Under the pieces are notes generated by a model. That model was not told the DNA's origin and ran no database searches. It saw nothing but the letters and a program-made list of their open reading frames with translations. Below, one piece after another: positions 32,173 to 40,476 of a stretch of DNA of 45,453 bases (position 1 is the first letter of the stretch; every line of letters begins with the position of its first letter). Made by a program: the position numbers and the translations under genes. The DNA lies in IMG/VR virus record IMGVR_UViG_3300031555_001699, positions 1-45,453 of that record; one strand, written 5' to 3'. The DNA is from a virus.

Positions 32173-32332
32173 GCTTCACAGCCTCCAAACATGCGCGTCT
32201 TACGGCAATAAGGTTTTCCACAAACAGGAAGTTGTCAAAGTCCTCATCTGCATGAATCACAGGTATCAGTTCATCTTCAATAAAATTCGCCACAGCTTCA
32301 GCCTGTTCAACAGTGATTTCAACTATCATCAT
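32159..32332 (-). CDS. Acidic hypothetical protein, 57 aa
   Basis: ATG 32332 within ORF 32159-32374; ATGATGA overlap with the upstream gene. Confidence 0.5.
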   Translation of the reverse strand: MMIVEITVEQAEAVANFIEDELIPVIHADEDFDNFLFVENLIAVRRACLEAVKHENG

Positions 32333-32511
32333 TCCACCCACACTTTCAATACAGAATCTACAGCCATCGCACACGTAACCTTCAGGCTAAGCGTTTCTTC
32401 GCTGAGCAGCTTTTGCATTGCGCAGACTTCACCAGTTACGTGTTCTTCGCCATGCACAATCTGTACTCGTTGCAGTAGTTCAAACGCTTGCAGTAAATCG
32501 TTCAGTTTCAT
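32329..32511 (-). CDS. Hypothetical protein, 60 aa
   Basis: ATG 32511 after GGAGGTGGAAGG within ORF 32329-32646. Confidence 0.5.
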   Translation of the reverse strand: MKLNDLLQAFELLQRVQIVHGEEHVTGEVCAMQKLLSEETLSLKVTCAMAVDSVLKVWVE

Positions 32512-32813
32512 CCTTCCACCTCCGCATCCATCTTCTCGCCGTGCCCGCAGAAGAAGTCCGCATTCACTGTTTTGCAAAATAGAGAACAGCGTTTGAATAT
32601 TTCCGGCTTGATATATGACGGGGAACTGAACTTGCAATCCTTGCACCGCACCACCTCAGCGTCCACGGCGGGGGCATCCTTCGCCACCTCTTCTGCATAA
32701 TCGCAAAACCGTTCGAAGCGTTCGCATATCTCTTGCGGATGTAGCTTTGCTGCTTTACGATCAAATGTTATGGATTCCAGCAGCGCACTGCGCGAAATCA
32801 GGTCGTTATTCAT
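32508..32813 (-). CDS. Hypothetical protein, 101 aa (Cys cluster VVRCKDCKF)
   Basis: ORF track; abuts the upstream stop. Confidence 0.6.
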   Translation of the reverse strand: MNNDLISRSALLESITFDRKAAKLHPQEICERFERFCDYAEEVAKDAPAVDAEVVRCKDCKFSSPSYIKPEIFKRCSLFCKTVNADFFCGHGEKMDAEVEG

Positions 32814-33305
32814 TCACTCGCACCCCTTCATAAAACATCCCCAGAAGGTGTTCATCTTCCGTCCACTATGATGTCCGAAAAGAGGTTTGTGGCCAATGGC
32901 TTTCCAGACCTTCTCGGCTGGGATTTCGTACTCGCTCCACTTGAAAATCAACACGCCATCTGGCTTGAGCACACGCATACATTCTGCAAAACCGTCATGA
33001 AGCATCTGCGGCCAGTCCTCATCAAGCTTGCCGTATTTCTTCACAAGCCATGCGGTTTCTTTTGCGTGCATAAGGTGCGGCGGATCAAACACCACAAGGC
33101 TGAAAGTGTTGTCCTCAAAAGGTAAATCAGTGAAGTCGCACTGAACGTCCGGGGAAATTACACACTGTCTCTCGGATTTTTTGTTTGTCGATTTCCAGAT
33201 ATTGGAATGCTCTTCGCATCTGCGGTCTGCATATACAGCTGCCGGGTGTTCCTTGTTGAACCACATTGTCCTGCTACCACAGGTTGCATCAAGTATCTTT
33301 TTCAT
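32814..33305 (-). CDS. DNA (amino-)methyltransferase, 163 aa, orphan
   Basis: ATG 33305 within ORF 32814-33428; SAM motif LDATCGSRTMWF followed by catalytic VVFDPPH (DPPY-type motif IV); no restriction partner seen. Confidence 0.65.
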   Translation of the reverse strand: MKKILDATCGSRTMWFNKEHPAAVYADRRCEEHSNIWKSTNKKSERQCVISPDVQCDFTDLPFEDNTFSLVVFDPPHLMHAKETAWLVKKYGKLDEDWPQMLHDGFAECMRVLKPDGVLIFKWSEYEIPAEKVWKAIGHKPLFGHHSGRKMNTFWGCFMKGCE

Positions 33306-33412
33306 CTCACCCACCCCACAATCACTGCGCCGTACTTCCACGCGACCATGCCCAGCAGGAACCAGAGCGTGCACAGGAATGCCAGCTCCGCCGTGCCATA
33401 TTCGTGCTTCAT
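33302..33412 (-). CDS. 36-aa small membrane protein MKHEYGTAELAFLCTLWFLLGMVAWKYGAVIVGWVR
   Basis: Translated by hand; TAATG-coupled to the ATPase stop, GGAGGAAG 7 nt upstream, ATGA-coupled to the methyltransferase start; fills an otherwise empty 106-nt gap; not in ORF track. Confidence 0.55.
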   Translation of the reverse strand: MKHEYGTAELAFLCTLWFLLGMVAWKYGAVIVGWVR

Positions 33413-34629
33413 TATTCTTCCTCCCCAACCAGCGTTGCTGGCTTCTTCATTTTTGTGTTGCGCAGGAACATCAAGCGCCGGTTTGATGTGCGCTTATGAG
33501 CGAACAGGATACCATCACGCTCATACATCGTGCGCCCAAACTTGCGCATACATCTGCCGACACCGGCTGATCCGCCAACATCAAGCGGCTCGCCGGTAAA
33601 ATCCACGATATCATCCAGCAGCTGAGTGGCTGTGCCCTGCCATTCATAGCGATTGTACATGAAGGTGAATATGCCCTGGACCAGAGGATCATTGACATAC
33701 TCACGCTCTTCTTCGTAGGTCTCGCTATCCGAGGACTCCAACACCCATCGGCCACCATCGAACCTGATTGCCATGTTATAGTCGCCATCGATATCGCGAC
33801 CGGAGACCATCAGCTTAGAGACATCTTCACCGCGCTTACCGCCCAAGCCGAGCACGGCATCAGCGGCGCCAACCAGGCCATTAGAGCCATTGATCTTATC
33901 GAACCAGTCGTCGTTATCCTTGGTTTTGCGCAGATGGTGCACGACGATCACAGCGATCTTATGCTTGCCGGCCCAGGACTGCAGCTCGCCATACTGACGG
34001 GTATCGGATTCATAGGCGTTTTCATTGCGCTTCCCGGACGGCTTCACGCGGCCAAGGGTATCGACAATGATGAGTCGCGGCTGCCTGACGCCGTTGATCC
34101 AGCCTTCCATCTGCTGATAGAAGCGCGGCCCAAGCGGTTCAGCCGCATGGGCAATGTATAGCCCGGCGGGTGCCGGGCCGAGAGTGAGCTTAGAGAGGCG
34201 ATCCTTGACGCGATACTGCCTGGACTCCAGATCCAGATAGAGCACGGAACCCTGAACAGTGGGCTGGCCCAAGAAGTTCGTGCCGGAGGCCACAGCCAGG
34301 CCCAGAGAGAGCGCCAGCCATGACTTGCCACGCTTGGGCGCACCGGCGAGCACAGTAAGCCCGCAGGGGATCATGCGCTGCACGACCATCTGGGTGCGCT
34401 CCAGTTCGGCATCGAACAGCTCAGCGGCCTGGTAGAACTCCAGTTTGGCCGGTGCCGGCGGCGCAGGCGTAGTAGGCTGCGCGATATGCAGCTTCATGCC
34501 AAGCAGCGCCGCTTCCTGTTCAGCCTTGGACTGCCGGGCGATATATTCGCTGACCGCTTCCTCTGCCGCAATGCTGCGGGCAAATTCATCATCGCCGAGC
34601 GCGCCGTTCAGGGTTTCATAATCTGCCAT
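33412..34629 (-). CDS. RecA-fold ATPase, RepA/DnaB-like replicative helicase family (AAA_25-like)
   Basis: 405 aa; Walker A GAPKRGKSW, Walker B LIIVDTLG, AVIVVHHLRK sensor-like segment. Confidence 0.8.
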   Translation of the reverse strand: MADYETLNGALGDDEFARSIAAEEAVSEYIARQSKAEQEAALLGMKLHIAQPTTPAPPAPAKLEFYQAAELFDAELERTQMVVQRMIPCGLTVLAGAPKRGKSWLALSLGLAVASGTNFLGQPTVQGSVLYLDLESRQYRVKDRLSKLTLGPAPAGLYIAHAAEPLGPRFYQQMEGWINGVRQPRLIIVDTLGRVKPSGKRNENAYESDTRQYGELQSWAGKHKIAVIVVHHLRKTKDNDDWFDKINGSNGLVGAADAVLGLGGKRGEDVSKLMVSGRDIDGDYNMAIRFDGGRWVLESSDSETYEEEREYVNDPLVQGIFTFMYNRYEWQGTATQLLDDIVDFTGEPLDVGGSAGVGRCMRKFGRTMYERDGILFAHKRTSNRRLMFLRNTKMKKPATLVGEEE

Positions 34630-34632
34630 AAG

Positions 34633-35196
34633 CTACCTTCCTTGTTCGTATTCCTTGAGGATTTCCAAAAGCTCCATATCATCCGCTTCCAGTATCTGGT
34701 CCAGCTTCATCTGCAATGCCGAACGCTTCTTAATCAGTTCGAAGAAATGTTCATCTTCTGCGCAGGCATCCATACCGTTGTTATGGATCATGAGCTGGAC
34801 GGATTCATCAACATCGCACAGCTGGTTGGCGAGGTCTGCACGCAAGGCATCCCTGCGGCGATGCAGCGCCGAGACCAGATGCCGAGCGTTGACGGTGATG
34901 GTATCGGGGTTATAGTCTTCAACGGCTATGCCGAAATCATTAGCACATCTATGTGCAGCATCCAACGGCTCCATGCCGAGGATATCCTGATACAACCTGA
35001 CTGCATCGCCACCGCGATGGCAGCCATAGCAGTACCAGCCGCGGTCAGCTGACAGGAACAGCGACGGATGCCCGCGCTCGCCGTGGATAGGGCAGAGCGC
35101 CCAGGCGACGGTTCCTGTGGTTTTGCGCAGCGGAATGCCGAGCATCACTGCCGCATCCACGCAGCTGACCGACCGGCAATCATCAAAGACGCTCAT
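34633..35196 (-). CDS. CHC2 (DnaG-type) zinc-finger protein without a recognisable TOPRIM/catalytic domain
   Basis: CPIHGERGHPSLFLSADRGWYCYGCHRGGDAV = C-x-H-x17-C-x2-C; 187 aa only. Confidence 0.75.
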   Translation of the reverse strand: MSVFDDCRSVSCVDAAVMLGIPLRKTTGTVAWALCPIHGERGHPSLFLSADRGWYCYGCHRGGDAVRLYQDILGMEPLDAAHRCANDFGIAVEDYNPDTITVNARHLVSALHRRRDALRADLANQLCDVDESVQLMIHNNGMDACAEDEHFFELIKKRSALQMKLDQILEADDMELLEILKEYEQGR

Positions 35197-35825
35197 CAGT
35201 CGATGCGATCCCAGGTGAAGGTTCCATAGGAACCATTGCGGAACTGGCCGAGGCCGCTGAGCTCGCCATAGTCCAGGGCCTTCTCGACGGTCTCCCAGCT
35301 AAGCTCGGTGGACTTAGCGGAGCGATCATTGGCGATCAGGCGCAGTTCAATTTCAACGGTCCAGGGCGTATCCACGCACTCAGATGCCTGCAGACCAACA
35401 CGCGGGCCTTTGGGCGTATCAGCGCGCAGGGGGCGCTCGTACTGGCTGTCCTCATCATAGATCGAGTCGCCATCGCGCATCAGCGGGATGCGGCGGGGGA
35501 ACACGAACAGGTACTTATCCACCTTGGACTTATAGGACTTGACGCCCAGCTGCTTCTGCAGTGCGCCCAGGGCAGCCTTGAAGAAGCCGCGGACCATGTA
35601 ATCCAGGATGATGAGGCGATCATCATTATCGGGGTCGCGGGCGAACACGGACAGGCCGCGGGTTTCGCGCTCGCTGGCATCGAAGAGATCGCGCTCTTCT
35701 TCGGAGAGTATGACGTCCGGGGCCTTGGATGCCACGAACTGAGTTCTGATGGCCTCGGATGCCGGCTGGCTGCCGAGGATCGGAGTCAAACCAGTTAAAC
35801 GATACTTACGAGATTCATACAACAT
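35196..35825 (-). CDS. Hypothetical 209-aa protein
   Basis: ATG 35825 after GAAGGAGGAAAC within ORF 35196-35867; no family recognised. Confidence 0.65.
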   Translation of the reverse strand: MLYESRKYRLTGLTPILGSQPASEAIRTQFVASKAPDVILSEEERDLFDASERETRGLSVFARDPDNDDRLIILDYMVRGFFKAALGALQKQLGVKSYKSKVDKYLFVFPRRIPLMRDGDSIYDEDSQYERPLRADTPKGPRVGLQASECVDTPWTVEIELRLIANDRSAKSTELSWETVEKALDYGELSGLGQFRNGSYGTFTWDRID

Positions 35826-35867
35826 TTTTGTTTCCTCCTTCAAATTGAAAATTGCTTCACGTTGCAT

Positions 35868-36423
35868 TGCCTAGACGCGCCATAACAAAGAAGCACAATG
35901 CATCACCTTAGCGCTACCACACTTAACAAAGCCATTGCGGTGCTTGGCAAAACCACACCGTCACACCACTTGACAAAGCCACTACTTCACGTCTCTCCGC
36001 TTCACGTCTCTCCGCTTTACGTCACCATCGCATTGCTTTTCATTACTAAACCCTGCCAACGCTTAACATTGCAATACCATCGCTTGACACTGCAGTACCT
36101 TGCTTTACCCATGCTGCGCAATGCATTACAGTACTTTACCCAAGCAGCGCAATACAGGACACTACTTTGCCTCCGCGTCACATGGCCCTACTTGGCAATA
36201 CCTTGGCAATACACAACAGTACCATCACACAACTATACGATTCAATGCCATTACGGTACGAAGCGCTACGAAACCGTGCATTTCATTACCTCAACGCAGC
36301 AGCGCCGGGCATTACCCTTGCCTTACTCTGCCGTACCAAGCCCTACCTATACTTTGCTACGCATCGGAACACTATAGCTTCGCTATACCCAGCGCCACAC
36401 CTCTATGCATTACCGCTGCGGTT
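35868..36423. repeat. Non-coding G-poor (plus strand) array of helically phased TACC/GGTA motifs with embedded exact tandem duplications
   Basis: Hand count for 35881-36420: C 184, G 83, A 145, T 128. TAC(C) starts are mostly 10-11 or 20-21 bp apart. TTCACGTCTCTCCGC x2 at 35986-36015; CTTGGCAATAC x2 at 36191-36212. No SD-led ORF on either strand. Confidence 0.75.
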
Positions 36424-36453
36424 GCTATCCGTGCCGTGCATGGCACGGATAGC
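36424..36453 (-). promoter_or_regulatory. Perfect 12-bp-stem hairpin 16 nt downstream of the stop of the 249-aa gene
   Basis: GCTATCCGTGCC (36424-36435) / GGCACGGATAGC (36442-36453), 6-nt loop; no U tract on the minus strand, so a processing/stability element or protein site rather than a classical terminator. Confidence 0.5.
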
Positions 36454-36468
36454 TTGGACCTTCTCAAA

Positions 36469-37218
36469 TTATTCGGACATGAATTCTGCCGGGATCTGGT
36501 CATCGGACAGGGGAGTGAACGCAGCCTTGGTGGCTTCCTTGAGGTTATCAGCCATGGCCAGCAGCGATACGCGGGCCTCATCCGGGACAGCGCCGACGCA
36601 TTCGAACGTGGGTACGGAGTAGCGGGTGCCGGTCTGGTTGGTTTCAACCTTCAGGCCGATGCGGGTGATGACCTGGTTGGGACGCATAGGACGCTGGCCC
36701 TTCTTGCGGGGGATCAGCAGGTTGTCCACATACTTCTCATAGGGCTTATTGCCGGTAGGCGCCAGATCGATGCGGATGGGCAGCATATCACCCTCGCGCA
36801 GGACGTAGACGCGGCGACCGTTCTTGCAGGCCTTGCCGGCGCCATCGGAGCCGAACTTATTGTGCCGACAGGAGCTGCAATCATGGTAAGCGCCGGACTG
36901 GTCCACGCCGGTTACGCCGTCCATGCTGCGACAGTCGGGCTGACCGCCGCCTACACCAGAATCCAGCTTGTTGGCCCACCAGGCATAGTTCTTATGCGCA
37001 TGCAGGATAACACCCTCGATCACCTTGGCGGTCTCCGGGTCGGTATCATCCTCAGATGCCATGATATCCCATGCGGTGCGAGCGGAGGACGGAGTTTTTG
37101 CGAAGGCGAAGTCCGGGCGATAGTCTGCGCCGAGCTCGGCCTTAAGAGCATCCATGATCTGTGCGGACTCAGTGATAGCGGACAGGTCGTAGGACTGGAC
37201 AACAGCGATTTCATTCAT
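36469..37218 (-). CDS. Hypothetical 249-aa protein with a Cys4 cluster
   Basis: ORF track; SD GGAGG 9 nt upstream; CRSMDG...CSSCRHNKFGSDGAGKACKN looks zinc-binding. Confidence 0.7.
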   Translation of the reverse strand: MNEIAVVQSYDLSAITESAQIMDALKAELGADYRPDFAFAKTPSSARTAWDIMASEDDTDPETAKVIEGVILHAHKNYAWWANKLDSGVGGGQPDCRSMDGVTGVDQSGAYHDCSSCRHNKFGSDGAGKACKNGRRVYVLREGDMLPIRIDLAPTGNKPYEKYVDNLLIPRKKGQRPMRPNQVITRIGLKVETNQTGTRYSVPTFECVGAVPDEARVSLLAMADNLKEATKAAFTPLSDDQIPAEFMSE

Positions 37219-37555
37219 GGGCGATAGCCTCCTTGATCTTTTTTTCTGCCTCTTCGGCAGTTTCCCACAGGCCGGCGCGGATGCCGATCTGCACTGCTGC
37301 GTCGCTGCGCAGCTGCGATGCCTTGATGTTGCCGCGCAGCACGCCAGTCAGGAAATTAATGACCTCATTGGCTTGCACGGGCATCTGCCGGCGGCGTTCT
37401 TCCAGGTATGCCTGGACAGCGGGCTGGCGCTTTACACCCTGAGCGTAGGTATACTTGAAGCCGGCCTGAGTAGCTGCCTCGGGTGCATTGCCGAGCTCGA
37501 GATACAGGTCAACGAACTTGCGCTGACGATCAGTGAGTTTCTTGGTATTCTCCAT
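37211..37555 (-). CDS. Terminase small subunit-like protein (Terminase_2-type N-terminal HTH), 114 aa, located in the early/replication operon
   Basis: KKLTDRQRKFVDLYLELGNAPEAATQAGFKYTYAQGVKRQPAVQAYLEERRRQ matches the LT.KQ.kF...Y...gNa..AA..AGY pattern of Terminase_2 TerS. Confidence 0.55.
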   Translation of the reverse strand: MENTKKLTDRQRKFVDLYLELGNAPEAATQAGFKYTYAQGVKRQPAVQAYLEERRRQMPVQANEVINFLTGVLRGNIKASQLRSDAAVQIGIRAGLWETAEEAEKKIKEAIAHE

Positions 37556-37558
37556 GTA

Positions 37559-37981
37559 TTATCCTTTCTTGCGTCCTCTGACGGACAGCTTGGGTTCTTC
37601 ATGGGCGTAGATGATGTCGGCGTACTCTGCCGGGATCTCGCCATCCTCGCTGGCGGCGACCTTCTCCTTCATGAGTGCGGACAGCGTCTGCTGGGAGATG
37701 GTGAACATGTCACGGTAGCCCTCAGCTTCCAGCATGTTCAGCAGCTGCGGCCTGTTCTCTGCCAGGCAGCTGTAGGTGGTTTTGCGGGTCATGCTGAACC
37801 CGACACCATCATCAGTCTTGAGCGAGTCGATGCCGACATCCGCCATATAGGACAGCATTGCGGCTTCCGCTTCATCCATGGCTTCCTTGGCCTCTGCTGT
37901 GCGGGCGCGCATGTCCTCATAGATTGCACGCGCATCCAGATATCGGTTCGACAGGGTTTTGAGCGTATCAGCCAACGGCAT
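37559..37981 (-). CDS. Hypothetical 140-aa protein with N-terminal coiled coil
   Basis: ATG 37981 (ATGA-coupled to the SNF2 stop, GGAGG 4 nt upstream); the ORF track start 37984 is a TTG. Confidence 0.6.
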   Translation of the reverse strand: MPLADTLKTLSNRYLDARAIYEDMRARTAEAKEAMDEAEAAMLSYMADVGIDSLKTDDGVGFSMTRKTTYSCLAENRPQLLNMLEAEGYRDMFTISQQTLSALMKEKVAASEDGEIPAEYADIIYAHEEPKLSVRGRKKG

Positions 37982-39438
37982 CAATCCTCCTTCAACAGAT
38001 CGAGCTGGCCGTCTACCACGGCATCAGCGAGGTTCTTTTTATTCTCCAGCGCGGCCATAACGTCCTCATCCACGGTGCCGGGGCAGATCAGATGGATGTA
38101 ATGGCATACATCATGCTGCACACCGATGCGATGGGTGCGGGCGAGCGCCTGCTGGTAAGATGCATAGTTCCAGGTGGGCGAATAGAAGATCGCCACCTTG
38201 GCTGCAGTGAGCGTGATGCCGAGGCCCGCGGTATCCACCTGAGCGACGAATACCTTGACATTCGGGTCGTTCTGGAAAGACTCCACCAGATCGCCGCGCT
38301 CCTGCTGGGGGACTGCGCCATATATGGCGCTATGGCGGATGCCATGCTTATTGAGCATATCAATGATGGCAGCCAGCTCGTCCAGGAACCGGACGAACAC
38401 CACGCATTTATCGCCGGCATCCTGCAGATCGAGCACGATATCTTCCAGCGCTTCCAGCTTGGATGTATCCACCTGCTGGGCGGCAACTTCATCATCGGCG
38501 CGGATATATCCGCCGGTGAGCCGCTGCAAGATCAGCAGCCTGGACAGCACGTTCGATGCTGTGACCGGGTTCATGCCCAGCCAGGCGATGGACTCGCGTT
38601 TCATCTGCTTATAGAGCTTCATGCCAGCCGGGGACATGTCCACATATCTGGTCTCGAAGGTCTGCGGCGGCAGGTCCAGGCAATCTGCCTTGGTGACACG
38701 GGACGCACAGGAGTACGCCTTCTCCGTAAGTTCATCGAGATGCCGGTAACCGACAACCTGAACCGGCTTGCCATTTATGGCATAGCCGCCCATGACCGCG
38801 TACCTGGACTTAAACCGCATGAAGGACGTGCCGAAGATGGTTTTATCCAGGAAGCGATACTGGGAATAGAAGTCCAGCGGGTTATTCTGAATGGGAGTGC
38901 CAGTCAGAATCATGCGGCAGTTGGTCATATCACCCAGGATATGGATATACTTCGACTGCTTGGCCGTGGGCTTCTTGATACGATGGGATTCATCGCAGAT
39001 CACCAGATCAGGGGAATACTGGCGCATGGCATTCTTTTTATGCTGGATATCCGGTATGCGCCAGGCCCCTTCATAGTTGATAACAGCTACCTGCAGCGCC
39101 TCGGGGCGCCGGGCTGCCATAGCATACAGAGTTTTGCGCCGCTTCTCAGAAGAGCCGGCGAGCACAGTACATTCGACCGGAAAATCGGCGTACTGCTGGA
39201 ACTCACGCGGCCATACGGAGCAGACGGACGACGGCGCGACGATCAGCACGCGCCTGATCACCTTCATCTGCCAGAGCGAACCAGCTACGGCGATGGCTGT
39301 GAGCGTTTTGCCACAGCCCATTTCATACAGCAAGCCGTATCCGCCGCCGCCGAACACTATCTCCTGGACGGCCTTCTGCCAGCCATCCAGCTGATGTTCG
39401 AACAGCTGGACCTTGACCGGCGGTTTATCGATCTTCAT
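37981..39438 (-). CDS. SNF2-family DEAD/DEAH helicase
   Basis: ATG 39438 after GGGAGGAGGAG; motif I LYEMGCGKTLTAI, motif II VICDESHRIK, C-terminal helicase domain QQALARTHRIGQ-like (QQALARTHRIGV). Confidence 0.9.
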   Translation of the reverse strand: MKIDKPPVKVQLFEHQLDGWQKAVQEIVFGGGGYGLLYEMGCGKTLTAIAVAGSLWQMKVIRRVLIVAPSSVCSVWPREFQQYADFPVECTVLAGSSEKRRKTLYAMAARRPEALQVAVINYEGAWRIPDIQHKKNAMRQYSPDLVICDESHRIKKPTAKQSKYIHILGDMTNCRMILTGTPIQNNPLDFYSQYRFLDKTIFGTSFMRFKSRYAVMGGYAINGKPVQVVGYRHLDELTEKAYSCASRVTKADCLDLPPQTFETRYVDMSPAGMKLYKQMKRESIAWLGMNPVTASNVLSRLLILQRLTGGYIRADDEVAAQQVDTSKLEALEDIVLDLQDAGDKCVVFVRFLDELAAIIDMLNKHGIRHSAIYGAVPQQERGDLVESFQNDPNVKVFVAQVDTAGLGITLTAAKVAIFYSPTWNYASYQQALARTHRIGVQHDVCHYIHLICPGTVDEDVMAALENKKNLADAVVDGQLDLLKED

Positions 39439-39920
39439 TTGGCTCCTCCTCCCAGGGACGCGTTCCAGGCGACCGAGTCCCAATCAACCAGATACTCGAA
39501 CTGCTCAATGCGAATCTCGCGCAGATGCATGATAGGTTCCAGCAGATCGAAGCGATCGCTGATCTCCATGAGCGCCCTGATGGCATCATTCAGCTTGGTG
39601 AGCGCAGCTGCGTTCGAGTCTGGCTGCTGCTTATCTATGCTGATTGCCGGTTCTTCGCCCATCTTCCGCCAGGCGAGATCGAACAGCACGTCCGGGTCGG
39701 TTATCTCGGACTCGCCCTGCTGCGCGCCCCAGTTCTCCGGCGGGTGGTATTCCTCACCATTTCGGAGCGCTTCTTGCGCTTTCTGGTATTCCTTGCAGCC
39801 GGTCTTTTCACCGCCGATGCAATCGGGGTAAGGACATTCACTGCAGAGGTCCACCAGCACTGCGGATTGATCGCCACGGTTATAGGCACCCTTCTTCGGG
39901 GCAGCATCCTGCACGGCCAC
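39435..39920 (-). CDS. Hypothetical 161-aa acidic protein
   Basis: GTG 39920, GGAGG 10 nt upstream; next in-frame Met is far downstream. Confidence 0.55.
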   Translation of the reverse strand: MAVQDAAPKKGAYNRGDQSAVLVDLCSECPYPDCIGGEKTGCKEYQKAQEALRNGEEYHPPENWGAQQGESEITDPDVLFDLAWRKMGEEPAISIDKQQPDSNAAALTKLNDAIRALMEISDRFDLLEPIMHLREIRIEQFEYLVDWDSVAWNASLGGGAK

Positions 39921-39922
39921 AA

Positions 39923-40267
39923 TTACATCACCTCCGCAATCAGGGCAACGGTGCGGCGGCGCGGACGTTGCCGCACCACAACCGCATCCAAAACCTCACC
40001 GATCAGCACATCACCGTCGATACCTTCGAACTCGCGGATGAGGATTTCATCCAACAGGACCTTAGCCGTCGCTATGGAAATCGGTGCATGCGCCAGAGGC
40101 GTGCGGCTGTCCATCCAGATCATCGGCTGGCCGTTCAGGTACCCCAGGAACATCGCCAGACCGCGCTTGTGAAGCTGCGAGAATATCTCGAACACCTTCT
40201 CGCCACTGTACGGGTATTTCTTCATCAGGAATCTTCCCTTCTGCCAATCGGCGGATATAGAGTTCAT
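39923..40267 (-). CDS. Hypothetical protein (114 aa from coupled ATG 40267; alternative ATG 40225 gives 100 aa)
   Basis: Within ORF 39923-40333; TGATG overlap with the upstream stop at 40267; AAGGGAAG precedes 40225. Confidence 0.55.
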   Translation of the reverse strand: MNSISADWQKGRFLMKKYPYSGEKVFEIFSQLHKRGLAMFLGYLNGQPMIWMDSRTPLAHAPISIATAKVLLDEILIREFEGIDGDVLIGEVLDAVVVRQRPRRRTVALIAEVM

Positions 40268-40476
40268 CAATGCGGGCCATGATGGCCAGCGCCCTGGCCG
40301 GGATCGGCGACGGCTGCCGTACACAATCCACAACGGATCAGCTCCTCTCTCTTATGCTGGTCGACCTCGCTGGTGAGCATCATGCCGATCTGGATGCCGC
40401 GCAGCAGCCAGCCGGCTTCGGGGGACAGGGTGTTGAAATCGGCCGCGAAGGCCAGGATGGACTGTTCATTCATCAT
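40267..40476 (-). CDS. Hypothetical 69-aa protein
   Basis: ATG 40476 nine nt after GAGGAGG within ORF 40267-40545. Confidence 0.5.
   Translation of the reverse strand: MMNEQSILAFAADFNTLSPEAGWLLRGIQIGMMLTSEVDQHKREELIRCGLCTAAVADPGQGAGHHGPH

Noticed and set aside
35898-36622. Three overlapping plus-strand ORFs (35898-36377, 36100-37227, 36167-36622) in the intergenic island
   Set aside because: All three frames are open at once only because the plus strand is G-poor, so TAG and TGA are rare. There is no SD, the peptides are repetitive (LTLQY, HVSPL), and they run antisense into a good minus-strand gene. I treat the region as a non-coding repeat array.
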